From positions 21,909 to 85,908 of the forward strand of contig JBCCVP010000004.1 in NCBI GenBank assembly GCA_039195135.1: 64,000 bases of DNA, given 5' to 3'. The position numbers and the translations under genes are program-made. The notes under the pieces were generated by a model. It was given only the letters and a program-made list of their open reading frames with translations, was not told the origin of the DNA and searched no databases. This document shows, piece after piece, positions 8,278-18,015 of this stretch. The stretch is from Pseudomonadota bacterium. Its GTDB lineage: Bacteria > Pseudomonadota > Gammaproteobacteria > Xanthomonadales > SZUA-38. Numbering within the stretch: the first letter of the stretch is position 1; each line of letters begins with the position of its first letter.

Positions 8278-9987
8278 ATGCGAGCTTCCCGCTTTCACAT
8301 TACCACCGTAAAAGAGACCCCGGCGGACGCCGAGATTGCCAGTCATCAGTTGATGCTGCGCACGGCGATGATAAGGCGTCTGACCTCCGGCATCTATACC
8401 TGGACTCCGCTCGGCTACCGCGTGCTGCGCAAGGTAGAAAATATTGTGCGCGAAGAAATGGACGCGGCCGGCTGCCTGGAGATGCTGATGCCATCGGTGC
8501 AGCCGGCGGAGCTGTGGCAGGAAAGCGGTCGCTGGGACGTCTTCGGGCCGCTGCTGCTGAAGATGGCGGACCGGGCCGAGCGGGACTACTGCTTTGGACC
8601 CACCCATGAAGAGGTGGTGAGCGAATTTGCCCGCGACGAAATCAAAAGCTACAAGCAGCTGCCGATCAACGTGTACCAGATTCAGACCAAGTTCCGCGAT
8701 GAGATCCGGCCGCGCTTTGGCGTGATGCGGTCGCGGGAATTCATCATGAAAGACGCCTATTCCTTCCACCTGGACCAGGCGTCCATGGACGAGACGTATC
8801 AGGACATGTACCGCGCCTACAGCCGCGTTTGTGAGCGCATGGGGCTTCAGTATCGGGCGGTGCAGGCGGACTCCGGCGCCATCGGCGGCAGCCACTCGCA
8901 CGAGTTTCAGGTGCTGGCCGAATCCGGCGAAGACGCCATCGTTTACTGCCCCGACAGCGACTACGCAGCCAATGTCGAGACCGCGGAAGGTGTGCCGGAT
9001 CGGGAGACCCCGCCGGCGCCCGCGGCGACCTTGAGCGAAGTGGCCACGCCGGAGGAGCGGACGATTGAGCAGGTGGCGGCGCGGCTGGGTGTTGAGTCGG
9101 ACCAGTGCCTGAAAACGCTGGCGGTAAAAGACGCCGACGGCGAACTGGTGCTGCTGGCGCTGCGCGGTGATCACCAGCTGAACGAAATTAAAGTGGGGCG
9201 GATTCCCAGGTTTGCCGGCGGCTGGGAGTTTGCCGGCCCGGAAGACATCGAGACACACCTGGGGGCCGAGCCCGGGTTCATAGGCCCGGTCAAGGTAGAC
9301 CTGCCGGTGATTGTCGATCGCAGCGCAGCCGTGCTGGCGGATTTCGTCTGTGGCGCAAATAAAAACGGCTACCACCTGACGGGCGCCAACTGGGACCGGG
9401 ACGCCCGGCATGAGCAGGTCGCCGATCTGCGCAACGTGGGGGCGGGCGACCTGAGCCCCGACGGCGCGGGTGTGCTGGCGGAGGCCCGGGGCATCGAGGT
9501 CGGGCATATCTTTCAGCTCGGCACCAAGTATTCGGAATCCATGGGGGTGACCGTGCTCGACGAGCAGGGGAAGTCCCGGCCGCTCCTGATGGGGTGCTAC
9601 GGCATCGGGGTGAGCCGCTTCGTCGGCGCTGCCATCGAGCAGCACCATGACGAGGCCGGTATCTGCTGGCCCGAAGGCATTGCGCCGTTTCAGGTGGCCC
9701 TGCTACCAATGAACGCCCACAAGTCCCACCGGGTGAAAGAGGCGGTGGAGTCGATCTATCAAACGCTCTCGGCGGCGGGCATCGAGGTCATTCTGGATGA
9801 CCGGGGGCTGCGGCCCGGCGTGATGTTTGCGGAGTGGGAGCTGATCGGCGTGCCCCACCGGCTGGTGATCGGCGAGCGAGGTCTAGATCAGGGGCAGGTG
9901 GAATACCGGCGCCGCACCGCGAGCGAGAATGAGTTTCTGCCGCTGGACGGGCTGCTCGAGGCGCTTCGGGAGAAACTGGAGGGTTAG
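8278..9987 (+). CDS. proS: Proline--tRNA ligase
   Basis: Begins [46 protein letters not shown]. Carries class II motifs and a bacterial-type insertion domain. The ATG at 8278 gives 569 aa. Confidence 0.95.
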   Translation: MRASRFHITTVKETPADAEIASHQLMLRTAMIRRLTSGIYTWTPLGYRVLRKVENIVREEMDAAGCLEMLMPSVQPAELWQESGRWDVFGPLLLKMADRAERDYCFGPTHEEVVSEFARDEIKSYKQLPINVYQIQTKFRDEIRPRFGVMRSREFIMKDAYSFHLDQASMDETYQDMYRAYSRVCERMGLQYRAVQADSGAIGGSHSHEFQVLAESGEDAIVYCPDSDYAANVETAEGVPDRETPPAPAATLSEVATPEERTIEQVAARLGVESDQCLKTLAVKDADGELVLLALRGDHQLNEIKVGRIPRFAGGWEFAGPEDIETHLGAEPGFIGPVKVDLPVIVDRSAAVLADFVCGANKNGYHLTGANWDRDARHEQVADLRNVGAGDLSPDGAGVLAEARGIEVGHIFQLGTKYSESMGVTVLDEQGKSRPLLMGCYGIGVSRFVGAAIEQHHDEAGICWPEGIAPFQVALLPMNAHKSHRVKEAVESIYQTLSAAGIEVILDDRGLRPGVMFAEWELIGVPHRLVIGERGLDQGQVEYRRRTASENEFLPLDGLLEALREKLEG

Positions 9988-10129
9988 CGTTTGCGCCGCA
10001 GGCCCGGGCCAGCGCGGCAAGACCTTAAGGCTAGGATCCGCGGGCGCCGGGGTCGGATTTTTCTGTCCCCCGGCCGGGCTTTTTCGCTTATCATTCCGCC
10101 TCCGCTTCCCGCTCCTGCGAGACCGCACC

Positions 10130-11611
10130 ATGTTGATTTTTGACCAGTCTGCGGAAGGCCGCAGCGCCTTTGCCCAGCACCCCGCCGCGGTGGACGTTGC
10201 CGACGATCTTGCCGGTGAGATTCCGCCCGAGCTGCGGCGCCGGGAGTCTGCCGCGCTGCCGGAGGTTTCCGAGCTGCAGGTGGTGCGTCACTACACGCGC
10301 CTGTCGCAGAAGAACTTCGCCATCGACACGCACTTTTATCCGCTTGGGTCCTGCACGATGAAGTACAACCCGCGGGCCTGTAACCGGCTGGCGATGCTGG
10401 ACGGATTTCTGTCACGCCACCCGAGCGCCCCCGCTTCCCTGTCCCAGGGGTTTTTGAGCGGCATGCACGAGCTGCAGGACATCCTCGGCGAGGTCACCGG
10501 CATGAAAGGGGTGTCGCTGACGCCCATGGCCGGCGCCCAGGGAGAATTCACCGGCGTTGCCATGATCCGCGCCTACCACCTGGCGCGCGGCGACCTGGAG
10601 CGCACGGAGATTATCGTGCCTGACGCGGCCCACGGTACAAATCCCGCCACCGCCATCATGTGTGGCTTCAAGGTGCGGGAGATTCCCACCGCGGCGGACG
10701 GCGACGTGGACTTTGCCGCGCTGGAGGAGGCCGTGGGCCCCCAGACCGCGGGCATCATGCTGACCAATCCGTCTACCTTGGGTGTGTTTGAGCGGCGCAT
10801 CAAAGACATCGCGGAGCTGATTCACGATGCCGGCGGGCTGCTGTACTACGACGGCGCCAACCTGAACGCCATTCTGGGCAAAGCCCGACCCGGCGACATG
10901 GGTTTTGATGCGATTCACATGAACCTGCACAAAACGTTCTCAACCCCGCACGGGGGCGGCGGCCCAGGCGCCGGCGCGGTGGGGGTATCGGAGCGCCTGC
11001 TGCCATTTCTGCCGATTCCCATCGTGGGACGCGACGAGGACGGGACGTACCGCTGGCTCGACGAAAATGACCGGCCCCAGTCGATCGGCCGCCTGTCGGC
11101 TTTTGCCGGCAACGCCGGTGTGCTGCTGCGGGCCCTGATCTACGCCCGGCTGCTCGGCCGGGAAGGGATGAGCCGGGTTGCCGAATACGCCACGCTCAAC
11201 GCCAACTATCTGGCCCGGCGGCTTGCCGACGCCGGCTTTACGCTGGCTTTCCCCACCCGCCGCGCGAGTCACGAATTCATCGTGACGCTCAAAGCTGAGG
11301 CGCGGGAGTTTGGGCTGACGGCCACGCATCTTTCGAAGATGCTGCTGGACGAGGATTTTCACGCGCCGACCAACTACTTCCCGCTGCTGGTGCCGGAGTG
11401 CCAGCTGATCGAACCCACGGAAACCGAGCCGAAAGCGGTGCTGGATGAGTTTGTCGACGCGATGGTGCGCATTCGCGACGCGGCCCGGGACAACCCTGAG
11501 CACGCGGAGGCGGCGCCCTACCACATGCCGGTGCGCCGCCTGGACGACGTGAAAGCGGCCCGGCAGCTGGACCTCAAGTACGGGACAGAAGAAACCCGCA
11601 AGGCGTCCTGA
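10130..11611 (+). CDS. gcvPB: Glycine dehydrogenase (aminomethyl-transferring) subunit 2
   Basis: 493 aa from the ATG at 10130. Strongly GcvPB-like ([39 protein letters not shown]...[16 protein letters not shown]). Confidence 0.9.
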   Translation: MLIFDQSAEGRSAFAQHPAAVDVADDLAGEIPPELRRRESAALPEVSELQVVRHYTRLSQKNFAIDTHFYPLGSCTMKYNPRACNRLAMLDGFLSRHPSAPASLSQGFLSGMHELQDILGEVTGMKGVSLTPMAGAQGEFTGVAMIRAYHLARGDLERTEIIVPDAAHGTNPATAIMCGFKVREIPTAADGDVDFAALEEAVGPQTAGIMLTNPSTLGVFERRIKDIAELIHDAGGLLYYDGANLNAILGKARPGDMGFDAIHMNLHKTFSTPHGGGGPGAGAVGVSERLLPFLPIPIVGRDEDGTYRWLDENDRPQSIGRLSAFAGNAGVLLRALIYARLLGREGMSRVAEYATLNANYLARRLADAGFTLAFPTRRASHEFIVTLKAEAREFGLTATHLSKMLLDEDFHAPTNYFPLLVPECQLIEPTETEPKAVLDEFVDAMVRIRDAARDNPEHAEAAPYHMPVRRLDDVKAARQLDLKYGTEETRKAS

Positions 11612-11641
11612 CCCGGCCGGGGGAGGGCGCCGGCCGGGCTG

Positions 11642-14131
11642 CTACCCGGCCTGCCGCAGGGTGACCACGGGAGGCGTGTTGAGCACGCTCCGGGAACCCA
11701 ACAGGCCGGTCACCCCGATAATCAGGCCACCGGCCGCAAGGCCCACCGCCGGCAGCCACCAGCTGGGGTTGTAGGGCATCTCAAAGACTTCCGTGGCCAG
11801 CAGCCAGCCGGCCCCCAGGGCCGCCGCTGCTGCCAGCACGCCGGCGACCGCGCCGATCAGCGCAAACTCAGAAAACAGCGCCGCCCGCAGCTGCTGACCC
11901 GAGCCGCCCAGCGTACGCAGCACCGCCCCTTCATGCTGCCGCTGACTTAAACCCGCGCTGAGGGCCGCAAGCAGCACGACGACCCCGGCGAGCAGCGTGA
12001 ACACGAATACGACCTGCACCGTCAGCGACACCCGATCGATCATTGTGCGCACCCGCTCGAGGATCGAGCCCACGTCGAGCACCGACACGTTCGGGGCGGT
12101 ACGGACCAGCTCGGCGATCTGTCCAAACTGCTCCTTGGGCAGATACAGGCTGCTGATGAAAGTGTGGGGCAGGTTGGCGTCGATCACGTCGGTAAAGGAG
12201 ATAAAGAAGTTGGGCTGGAAAGAATCCCAGTCCACTTCCCGCAGCGAGGTGACCGTGCCGGTCACCGTCTGGCCGCCGGAGGTAAACGCCATCGTGTCGC
12301 CGATGCCCAGCCGCATGGATGCTGCCCACTCCTGCTCGAGCGAAATCTGCAGGCCCGGGACGTTCGCATCCCGCCACTGGCCTTCGGTCAGCGTGTTGCC
12401 CGCCGTCAGCTTCGGCGCCCAGGAGATGTTGACGTTGCCGTCGATGCGCCGCTGCGCCCGGGGTGAATCCAGCAGCGCCGCGCTGGGCTCCAGGCCGTTA
12501 ATCTGGGTGAGCCGGGCCACCGCGATGGGAAACAGGCCCTGGGTTAATGCTCCGCTGCGGGCCAGCTGCTGCTGCACTGCGTCCACCTGGGCCGGCTGGA
12601 TATTGATCAGAAAATAGTTGGGCGCGTCGTCCGGCAGCGTGTTGCGCCAGCCGCTCATGAGGTCCCGCTGCACCACGCCGAGGAGAAAGATCGCCGTAAG
12701 GCCAAGTCCGAGCCCCGCCACCTGCAGCAGCACGCCGCGGTTGCGGCGGGCGAGGTTGGCAACCCCGTAGCGCCAGCCCAGCGTGCGTCCCCGGGCCAGC
12801 CGGCGGGCTCCGCGGATCAGCAGCCAGGCGCCGGCGGCCAGCACCAGCCCGGCGCCGAGGGTGGCGCCGGCCATGACGGCTCCCAGCGTGAGATCCGCTG
12901 ACAGCCACCAGATCAGCGCAAGCGAAAACGCCACCATGGTCAGATCGCCCAGGTAATGGCGAGCGGACAGGGTGCCAAGCTGCCGGTTGAGCACCCGCAC
13001 CGGCGGCACCCGGCGCAGCCGGCTGAGCGGCGGCAGGCCGTAGCCCAGCAGCGTCAGCAGGCTGACGCCGCTGGCGGTGAGCACCGGCGTCAGACTGGCC
13101 TGGGGCACGTCGCCGGGCAGCAGGTCGCCGAGGGACAGCACCAGCAGATACTGGCTCAGATAACCCGCGCCGGCGCCCAGCAGGACCGCCGGCAGTCCCA
13201 GCCAGAGCAATATGAGCGCAAACGCAGCCAGCACCTGGTTCTGCCGGCAGCCGAGGCAGCGCAGGATGGCCACCGAGTCCAGGTGGCGCTCCACAAAACG
13301 GCGCACCGCAATGACGATGGCAATGCCGGAGAGCAATACCGCCGTCAGCGCAGCCAACATGAGAAACTGCCGGGCCCGATCCAGGGCGCGGCCAATCTGC
13401 TGCTGCGATTCGGCCAGGGTCGCGATGCGCTGGCCCCGCTCGAGGCGATCCTCAAGCCAGGTCTCAAAACTGCTGACCGACTCCGCGTCGCCGGCGATCA
13501 GCGTGCGATATTGAACCCGGGCGCCGTCGCCCAGGAGTCCGGCCGCAAGCACGGCGTCGTAGTCGACCATCACCCGGGGCGCCAGGCCAAACACGCCGCC
13601 GCCGGCATCGGGCTCAAGCGCGATGGTGCGGGTGACGCGAAACACCCGGTCCCCGAGCTCCAGCGTATCGCCCATCGTCAGCTGCAGCTCCGCAATCACT
13701 CGCGGATCTACCCAGGCCTCGTCGGGGGCCGGCGTTCCCAGGGCGGGGGTGGCCGGGCCATAGGGCGCCTCCGCCAGCTCCAGGGTCCCGCGGAGGGGAT
13801 AGCCCGGCGATACACCTTTGACCTGAACGAGCAGCGATGCATCGCCGGCAAACGACACGGTGGGAAACTCCAGCGTGCGGGCGCTGGCCAGGCTCCGCTC
13901 CTGCGCCTCGCCCCGCCAGTCCTGCTCCGGCACGCGGCGGGACTGGATCACCAGGTCCGCCGCCAGCAGCTCGTTGGCGCCCTGGGTCAGAGCGCTGTCC
14001 ACCCGCTCGGCAAACGCGCCGACGGCGGTGAGGGCCGCGGCGGATACGGCAAGCGCAAACGCCAGCGCCCGCAGCTCACCGGAGCGCCACTCCCGGCGCA
14101 CCTGGCGCAGGGAAAACTGAATCGGCTTCAT
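11642..14131 (-). CDS. FtsX-like ABC transporter permease (YbbP-like)
   Basis: Begins MKPIQFSLRQVRREWRSGELR. The protein is large, with two FtsX-type TM bundles. Its start overlaps the ATPase stop (ATGA). Confidence 0.85.
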   Translation of the reverse strand: MKPIQFSLRQVRREWRSGELRALAFALAVSAAALTAVGAFAERVDSALTQGANELLAADLVIQSRRVPEQDWRGEAQERSLASARTLEFPTVSFAGDASLLVQVKGVSPGYPLRGTLELAEAPYGPATPALGTPAPDEAWVDPRVIAELQLTMGDTLELGDRVFRVTRTIALEPDAGGGVFGLAPRVMVDYDAVLAAGLLGDGARVQYRTLIAGDAESVSSFETWLEDRLERGQRIATLAESQQQIGRALDRARQFLMLAALTAVLLSGIAIVIAVRRFVERHLDSVAILRCLGCRQNQVLAAFALILLWLGLPAVLLGAGAGYLSQYLLVLSLGDLLPGDVPQASLTPVLTASGVSLLTLLGYGLPPLSRLRRVPPVRVLNRQLGTLSARHYLGDLTMVAFSLALIWWLSADLTLGAVMAGATLGAGLVLAAGAWLLIRGARRLARGRTLGWRYGVANLARRNRGVLLQVAGLGLGLTAIFLLGVVQRDLMSGWRNTLPDDAPNYFLINIQPAQVDAVQQQLARSGALTQGLFPIAVARLTQINGLEPSAALLDSPRAQRRIDGNVNISWAPKLTAGNTLTEGQWRDANVPGLQISLEQEWAASMRLGIGDTMAFTSGGQTVTGTVTSLREVDWDSFQPNFFISFTDVIDANLPHTFISSLYLPKEQFGQIAELVRTAPNVSVLDVGSILERVRTMIDRVSLTVQVVFVFTLLAGVVVLLAALSAGLSQRQHEGAVLRTLGGSGQQLRAALFSEFALIGAVAGVLAAAAALGAGWLLATEVFEMPYNPSWWLPAVGLAAGGLIIGVTGLLGSRSVLNTPPVVTLRQAG

Positions 14132-14841
14132 GACTGGCCAGCCACCGCCTGGGGACGGCTCGCGGGAGGAACGATGCGTCCCGCCTCCAGCCGGATCACC
14201 TGGCGACACCGTTGCGCCAGCCGCTCGTCGTGGGTCACCAGCACCAGCGCCGTGCCGGACTGATGGTTGAGCTCGAACAGCAGCTCGGTGATTTCGAGGC
14301 CGGTGTTGCTGTCCAGGTTGCCGGTGGGTTCGTCCGCAAACAGAATGCGCGGCTGCCCCGCGTAGGCCCGGGCGATTGCGACCCGCTGTTTCTCGCCGCC
14401 GGACAGCTGGTTGGGGTAGTGGTGAACCCGCTCCGCCAGGCCGACCCGCGCCAGAATGTCCCGGGACGCAGTGTCCGGCGCTGCGACACCCGCCAGCTCC
14501 AGCGGCAGCATCACGTTTTCCAGCGCGGTCAGGCTGTCCAGCAGGTGGAAAGACTGGAAAACAAAACCAACGCCGCGGCCTCGAAGCGCAGCGCGCTCAT
14601 CCTCGGACAGGGCGTTGAGGTGCTGGCCCAGGAGCTCGACGCTGCCGCTGCTGGGAAGGTCGAGCCCCGCGAGAAGTCCCAGCAGCGTGGTTTTGCCGGA
14701 GCCCGAGGGGCCAACAATCGCCACCGTGTCGTTTGACGAAATGGACACATCCGATGGGTGCAGAATCGTCAGGTCCCCGCCTGGTCCGTGCACCACTTTG
14801 CCGATATCCTTGGCCTTAAGTATGAAATCTTCCGTCGTCAT
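14128..14841 (-). CDS. ABC transporter ATP-binding protein (YbbA-like)
   Basis: Walker A is GPSGSGKTT, the signature is LSGGEKQR, and Walker B is ILFADEPTGNLD. Synteny with tesA and the ybbP-like permease matches E. coli. Confidence 0.9.
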   Translation of the reverse strand: MTTEDFILKAKDIGKVVHGPGGDLTILHPSDVSISSNDTVAIVGPSGSGKTTLLGLLAGLDLPSSGSVELLGQHLNALSEDERAALRGRGVGFVFQSFHLLDSLTALENVMLPLELAGVAAPDTASRDILARVGLAERVHHYPNQLSGGEKQRVAIARAYAGQPRILFADEPTGNLDSNTGLEITELLFELNHQSGTALVLVTHDERLAQRCRQVIRLEAGRIVPPASRPQAVAGQS

Positions 14842-15499
14842 TTCTGCTCTCTTGCTGCTACTCGGCGCCGTTGCGACCCCGCGCGCGGAACATGCCGCGC
14901 AGGGTGCGGTACTGGTTCTGGGTGACAGCCTCAGCGCTGGCTATAACCTGTCGCTAGGTGCCGGCTGGGTCGACCTTCTAGGCAACAGGCTTGCCGCCTG
15001 CGGGGTGGAGGTCGTCAACGCCAGCATCAGCGGCGAAACATCCGCCGGCGGTCTGTCCAGACTACCGGACCTGCTCACCCGCCACCATCCGTCGATCGTC
15101 GTGGTTGAACTTGGCGGAAATGACGGTTTGCGGGGCCAGCCGACAATGAAGTTGTATGAAAATCTGCGTGAGATCGCGGTGAAGTCCGCCGCCGCCGGGG
15201 CTCAGGTAGTGCTCGCCGGGATACAGATCCCCGGCAACTACGGCGCCCGTTATCGGCGCAATTTTGCGGAGATCTATCCAAAGCTGGCGGGCGAGCTGGA
15301 GCTTAAGCTGATCCCGTTTTTTATGGACGGCGTCGCGCTGAATCCGGAGCTGATGCTGAGCGACGGCATTCATCCCAATGCCGCCGGGCAGCCCCGGCTG
15401 TTGGCCAACGTGATGCCGGCGCTGGCGCCGCTGCTGCCCACCTGCGACCTGTCCCAGACCCCGCCGGGTGAATCAAAGACAAGCCAGACGACGCCTTAA
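14822..15499 (+). CDS. tesA: GDSL arylesterase / acyl-CoA thioesterase I / lysophospholipase L1
   Basis: Signal peptide MKSSVVISALLLLLGAVA. SGNH blocks are VLGDSLSAGY, ASISGETS, ELGGNDGLRG and DGIHPN. Its start overlaps the divergent ybbA-like start by 20 bp. Confidence 0.85.
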   Translation: MKSSVVISALLLLLGAVATPRAEHAAQGAVLVLGDSLSAGYNLSLGAGWVDLLGNRLAACGVEVVNASISGETSAGGLSRLPDLLTRHHPSIVVVELGGNDGLRGQPTMKLYENLREIAVKSAAAGAQVVLAGIQIPGNYGARYRRNFAEIYPKLAGELELKLIPFFMDGVALNPELMLSDGIHPNAAGQPRLLANVMPALAPLLPTCDLSQTPPGESKTSQTTP

Positions 15500-15651
15500 G
15501 GCGCTGATTTAAAAACAAAACCCTGAATTTTCGGGCAAGAATCCCAGATCAGCCGGTGATTTCAAGGTGACGGCACCGCAGACCGTCATTCACACCCCCA
15601 TCATGGCGCCGATTCGTATACTGGGGGATTACTTCAGCTTGGTACTCAACT

Positions 15652-16371
15652 ATGGGAGCGGATGACCAAGGCCTGATCCTCATGATTGAGGACAACCACG
15701 ATATCGCTGAGATGGCGTCGGAATACTTGGAGCGTCGCGGCTACCGAATGGATTTTGCGGCAGACGGCGTGACGGGACTGCATCTGGCCGTGACCAACAC
15801 CTACGACTGCATCGTGCTTGACCTGATGCTGCCGGGGATGGATGGGCTGGCCCTGTGCCGGCGGCTTCGGCAGGACGGAAAGAGTTCCACGCCGGTCATC
15901 ATGCTGACGGCGCGCGACACGCTTGAAGACAAGATTGAGGGTTTGGATTCCGGCGCCGATGACTACCTGGTCAAGCCGTTTGAGATCCGCGAACTGGCGG
16001 CGCGTATTTCTGCCCTGATCCGTCGAGACCGGCGCCAGGTCAGTCACGAGGTGCTGCAGGTCGGCGACATGTCCCTCGACACGTCTACCCTGAAGCTGCG
16101 CCGCGGCGGCCAGGATCTGCAGGTGTCGCCGATTGCTTTGAAGCTTCTTACCATCCTGATGCGGGAATCTCCCAAGGTGGTTTCCCGGCGTGATATTGAG
16201 CATGAGGTCTGGGGCGATGTGCTGCCCGACTCCGACACGCTCCGCAGCCACCTGTATAACCTGCGCAAGGTGATCGACAAGCCCTTCGACCGGCCGCTGC
16301 TCCATACGATCCACAGCGCGGGCTATCGTCTGGCGGATCTCGAAGAGGAAGCTGATCGGGCCAACGCCTGA
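15652..16371 (+). CDS. OmpR-family response regulator (two-component system 2)
   Basis: 239 aa and a close paralogue of 3673-4359 (DGVTGLHLAV...VLDLMLPGMDGL...MLTARD...GADDYLVKPF...DKPFD). Confidence 0.9.
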   Translation: MGADDQGLILMIEDNHDIAEMASEYLERRGYRMDFAADGVTGLHLAVTNTYDCIVLDLMLPGMDGLALCRRLRQDGKSSTPVIMLTARDTLEDKIEGLDSGADDYLVKPFEIRELAARISALIRRDRRQVSHEVLQVGDMSLDTSTLKLRRGGQDLQVSPIALKLLTILMRESPKVVSRRDIEHEVWGDVLPDSDTLRSHLYNLRKVIDKPFDRPLLHTIHSAGYRLADLEEEADRANA

Positions 16372-16372
16372 C

Positions 16373-17734
16373 GTGTCCGCTCGCGACCCTCAGCGCGGCG
16401 GCGTTCGACGCCGTCTTTTCTATGGCTTCGCGATGCAGGTCGGCGCGATTTCGCTGGCGGTGCTGCTCGGTGTCGGCGCTACCTCCCTCGTCATCCGCGG
16501 ATCGCTGCTTGAGCGCGCGCTGCTCGATGAGGCCGAGACGCTCACCGAGCGGCTTCAGGAAGATCCCGACGCCGCACCTCCGCATACCACCAATCTGAGA
16601 GCCTACGTGCTGCGTGGCCCCGGCGACGCGGTGCCGGACTATCTCACTGCGCTGGACGATGGGTTTCACGAACTCGACGACTCGGTGCCCGGGGCCATCG
16701 TCTACGTCACCGAGCGCGAGGTGGGCCGCCTGTTTCTGGTCTTCCAGCAGGATTACGTGCAGTCCCTGTCGCTGCTCTTCGGCATCGTACCGTTGGGGCT
16801 GGTGCTGCTGACGATTTATCTGGTCACCTGGTGGACCTACCGCATGTCCCACCGCGCCGTATCTCCCCTGGTGAAGCTGGCCCGGCGGGTGGAAAACCTC
16901 AACCTGAACCGCCTTGACGATGCCGAGTTTGACCCGGACAGCTTCGCCAAGAGTGATGACGAGGTGTACATCCTCACCAATGCCCTGCGCCAGCTCTCCG
17001 GCCGCATCCAGCGGTTTGTGGAACGCGAGCGTAACTTCACCCGGGACGCCAGCCACGAGCTTCGAACCCCCGTCACGGTGATCCAGATGGCGGCGGACAT
17101 GCTGCTTGAAGAGGGAGACCTGGCTCCCTATCAGGAACGCTCCGTGCGCCGGATTCAGGGCGTTGCGAAGGATATGCACGCGCTGATCGAAGCGCTGCTG
17201 ATGCTCGCCCGGGAAAGTGGCGAGGGTATGGCGGTAAAAGACTTCTGCGTCAACGACGTGGTGAGCGACGAGCTGGACCGCTACGAGTTTCTGGTGCGCA
17301 ACAAACAAGTGCGGCTGGTGCAAACCGATCGATTCCGGATGCACGTCCTCGGGCCGCCGAGCGTACTGGCGGTGATGATCGGCAATCTCATCCGCAACGC
17401 CTGCGCCTACACCAACGAAGGCGACGTCAAGGTGACCGTGGGCCGGGGATTTGTGTCGGTGGATGACTCCGGCGTCGGCATGGCGGAGGAGCACGTCTCT
17501 CGCGTGTTTGAGCCCTTTTATCGTGGCGGGCGCACGGGAAAAGGAGGCCATGGCGTGGGCCTTACCATTGTGAAACGGCTGGCGGATCGGTTTGGCTGGC
17601 CGGTGGAAATCCAGTCTGAGCTGGGGGTGGGTACCTGCGCAACCATCTACTTTCCGGAATACACCGTCGGCGATGACGCGGTGGTCGAGCGCAAGGCCGT
17701 GCCGCCGGTGCCGGCCGGTACATCGCTATATTGA
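16373..17734 (+). CDS. Sensor histidine kinase (two-component system 2)
   Basis: 453 aa with a GTG start 1 nt after the response regulator stop. H-box is SHELRTPVTVI and the HATPase boxes are NACAYT, DSGVGM and GHGVGLTIV. Paralogue of 4343-5656. Confidence 0.9.
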   Translation: MSARDPQRGGVRRRLFYGFAMQVGAISLAVLLGVGATSLVIRGSLLERALLDEAETLTERLQEDPDAAPPHTTNLRAYVLRGPGDAVPDYLTALDDGFHELDDSVPGAIVYVTEREVGRLFLVFQQDYVQSLSLLFGIVPLGLVLLTIYLVTWWTYRMSHRAVSPLVKLARRVENLNLNRLDDAEFDPDSFAKSDDEVYILTNALRQLSGRIQRFVERERNFTRDASHELRTPVTVIQMAADMLLEEGDLAPYQERSVRRIQGVAKDMHALIEALLMLARESGEGMAVKDFCVNDVVSDELDRYEFLVRNKQVRLVQTDRFRMHVLGPPSVLAVMIGNLIRNACAYTNEGDVKVTVGRGFVSVDDSGVGMAEEHVSRVFEPFYRGGRTGKGGHGVGLTIVKRLADRFGWPVEIQSELGVGTCATIYFPEYTVGDDAVVERKAVPPVPAGTSLY

Positions 17735-17746
17735 GATAAAAAGATA

Positions 17747-17776
17747 TTGACAAACGGCACCGATCGGGCTTCAATA
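17747..17776 (+). promoter_or_regulatory. Sigma70-type promoter for the riboswitch-controlled gene
   Basis: TTGACA (17747-17752), a 17-nt spacer, then TTCAAT (17770-17775). This would place the transcription start a few nt before riboswitch helix P1. Confidence 0.4.
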
Positions 17777-17782
17777 AAGCGG

Positions 17783-17908
17783 TACTCATTGAGACCGGCT
17801 GAGGGACAGGCCCTTAGAAGCCGGGGCAACCTGCAGGTTTAACCCACCTGCAACGGTGCCAATTCCTGCGAAGTGACGGAATTGTTCCAGCACTTCGGGA
17901 AATGAGTG
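17783..17908 (+). promoter_or_regulatory. SAM-I (S-box) riboswitch
   Basis: Read directly: P1 ACTCATT (17784-17790) pairs with AATGAGT (17901-17907). Conserved cores are GAGA..GGCTGAGGGAC.GGCCC..GAAGCC.GGGCAACC, then P3 TGCAGGT/ACCTGCA, then ACGGTGCCAATTCC. Located 108 nt upstream of a Cys/Met PLP enzyme gene. Confidence 0.85.
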
Positions 17909-18015
17909 TCGGCAAAGCGCAGCCGAGGCTGTCGCCCAGGAACCGATACCCACCCAGCTCCAGCATGCTTCTGGCGCAGGACCAATGAGACACCGGACCA
18001 TCGGAGATCATTGGA

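Noticed and set aside
8182-9648. Very long antisense ORFs mirroring real genes. Examples: 8182-9648(-) opposite proS; 12956-14263(+) opposite the ybbP-like permease; 44434-45771(+) opposite accC; 51169-52218(-) opposite groEL; 55839-57425(-) opposite glnE; 5584-6603(-) opposite the TPR gene; 3562-4467(-), 16148-17551(-), 23438-24643(+), 26356-27576(+), 30296-31393(-), 31508-32917(-), 62639-63997(+).
   Set aside because: Their translations are Arg/Gly/Pro/Ala/His/Gln-rich with no motifs, and each lies opposite a gene with an unambiguous family signature. Long stop-free antisense frames are expected at ~65% GC.
9988-10129. Possible glycine riboswitch and/or proS terminator in the proS-gcvPB spacer.
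   Set aside because: I could not find the conserved glycine-aptamer cores. Candidate hairpins (ATCCG...CGGAT+TTTTC; CCCGG/CCGGG+CTTTTT) have short stems or loops that are too small, so they are too weak to call.
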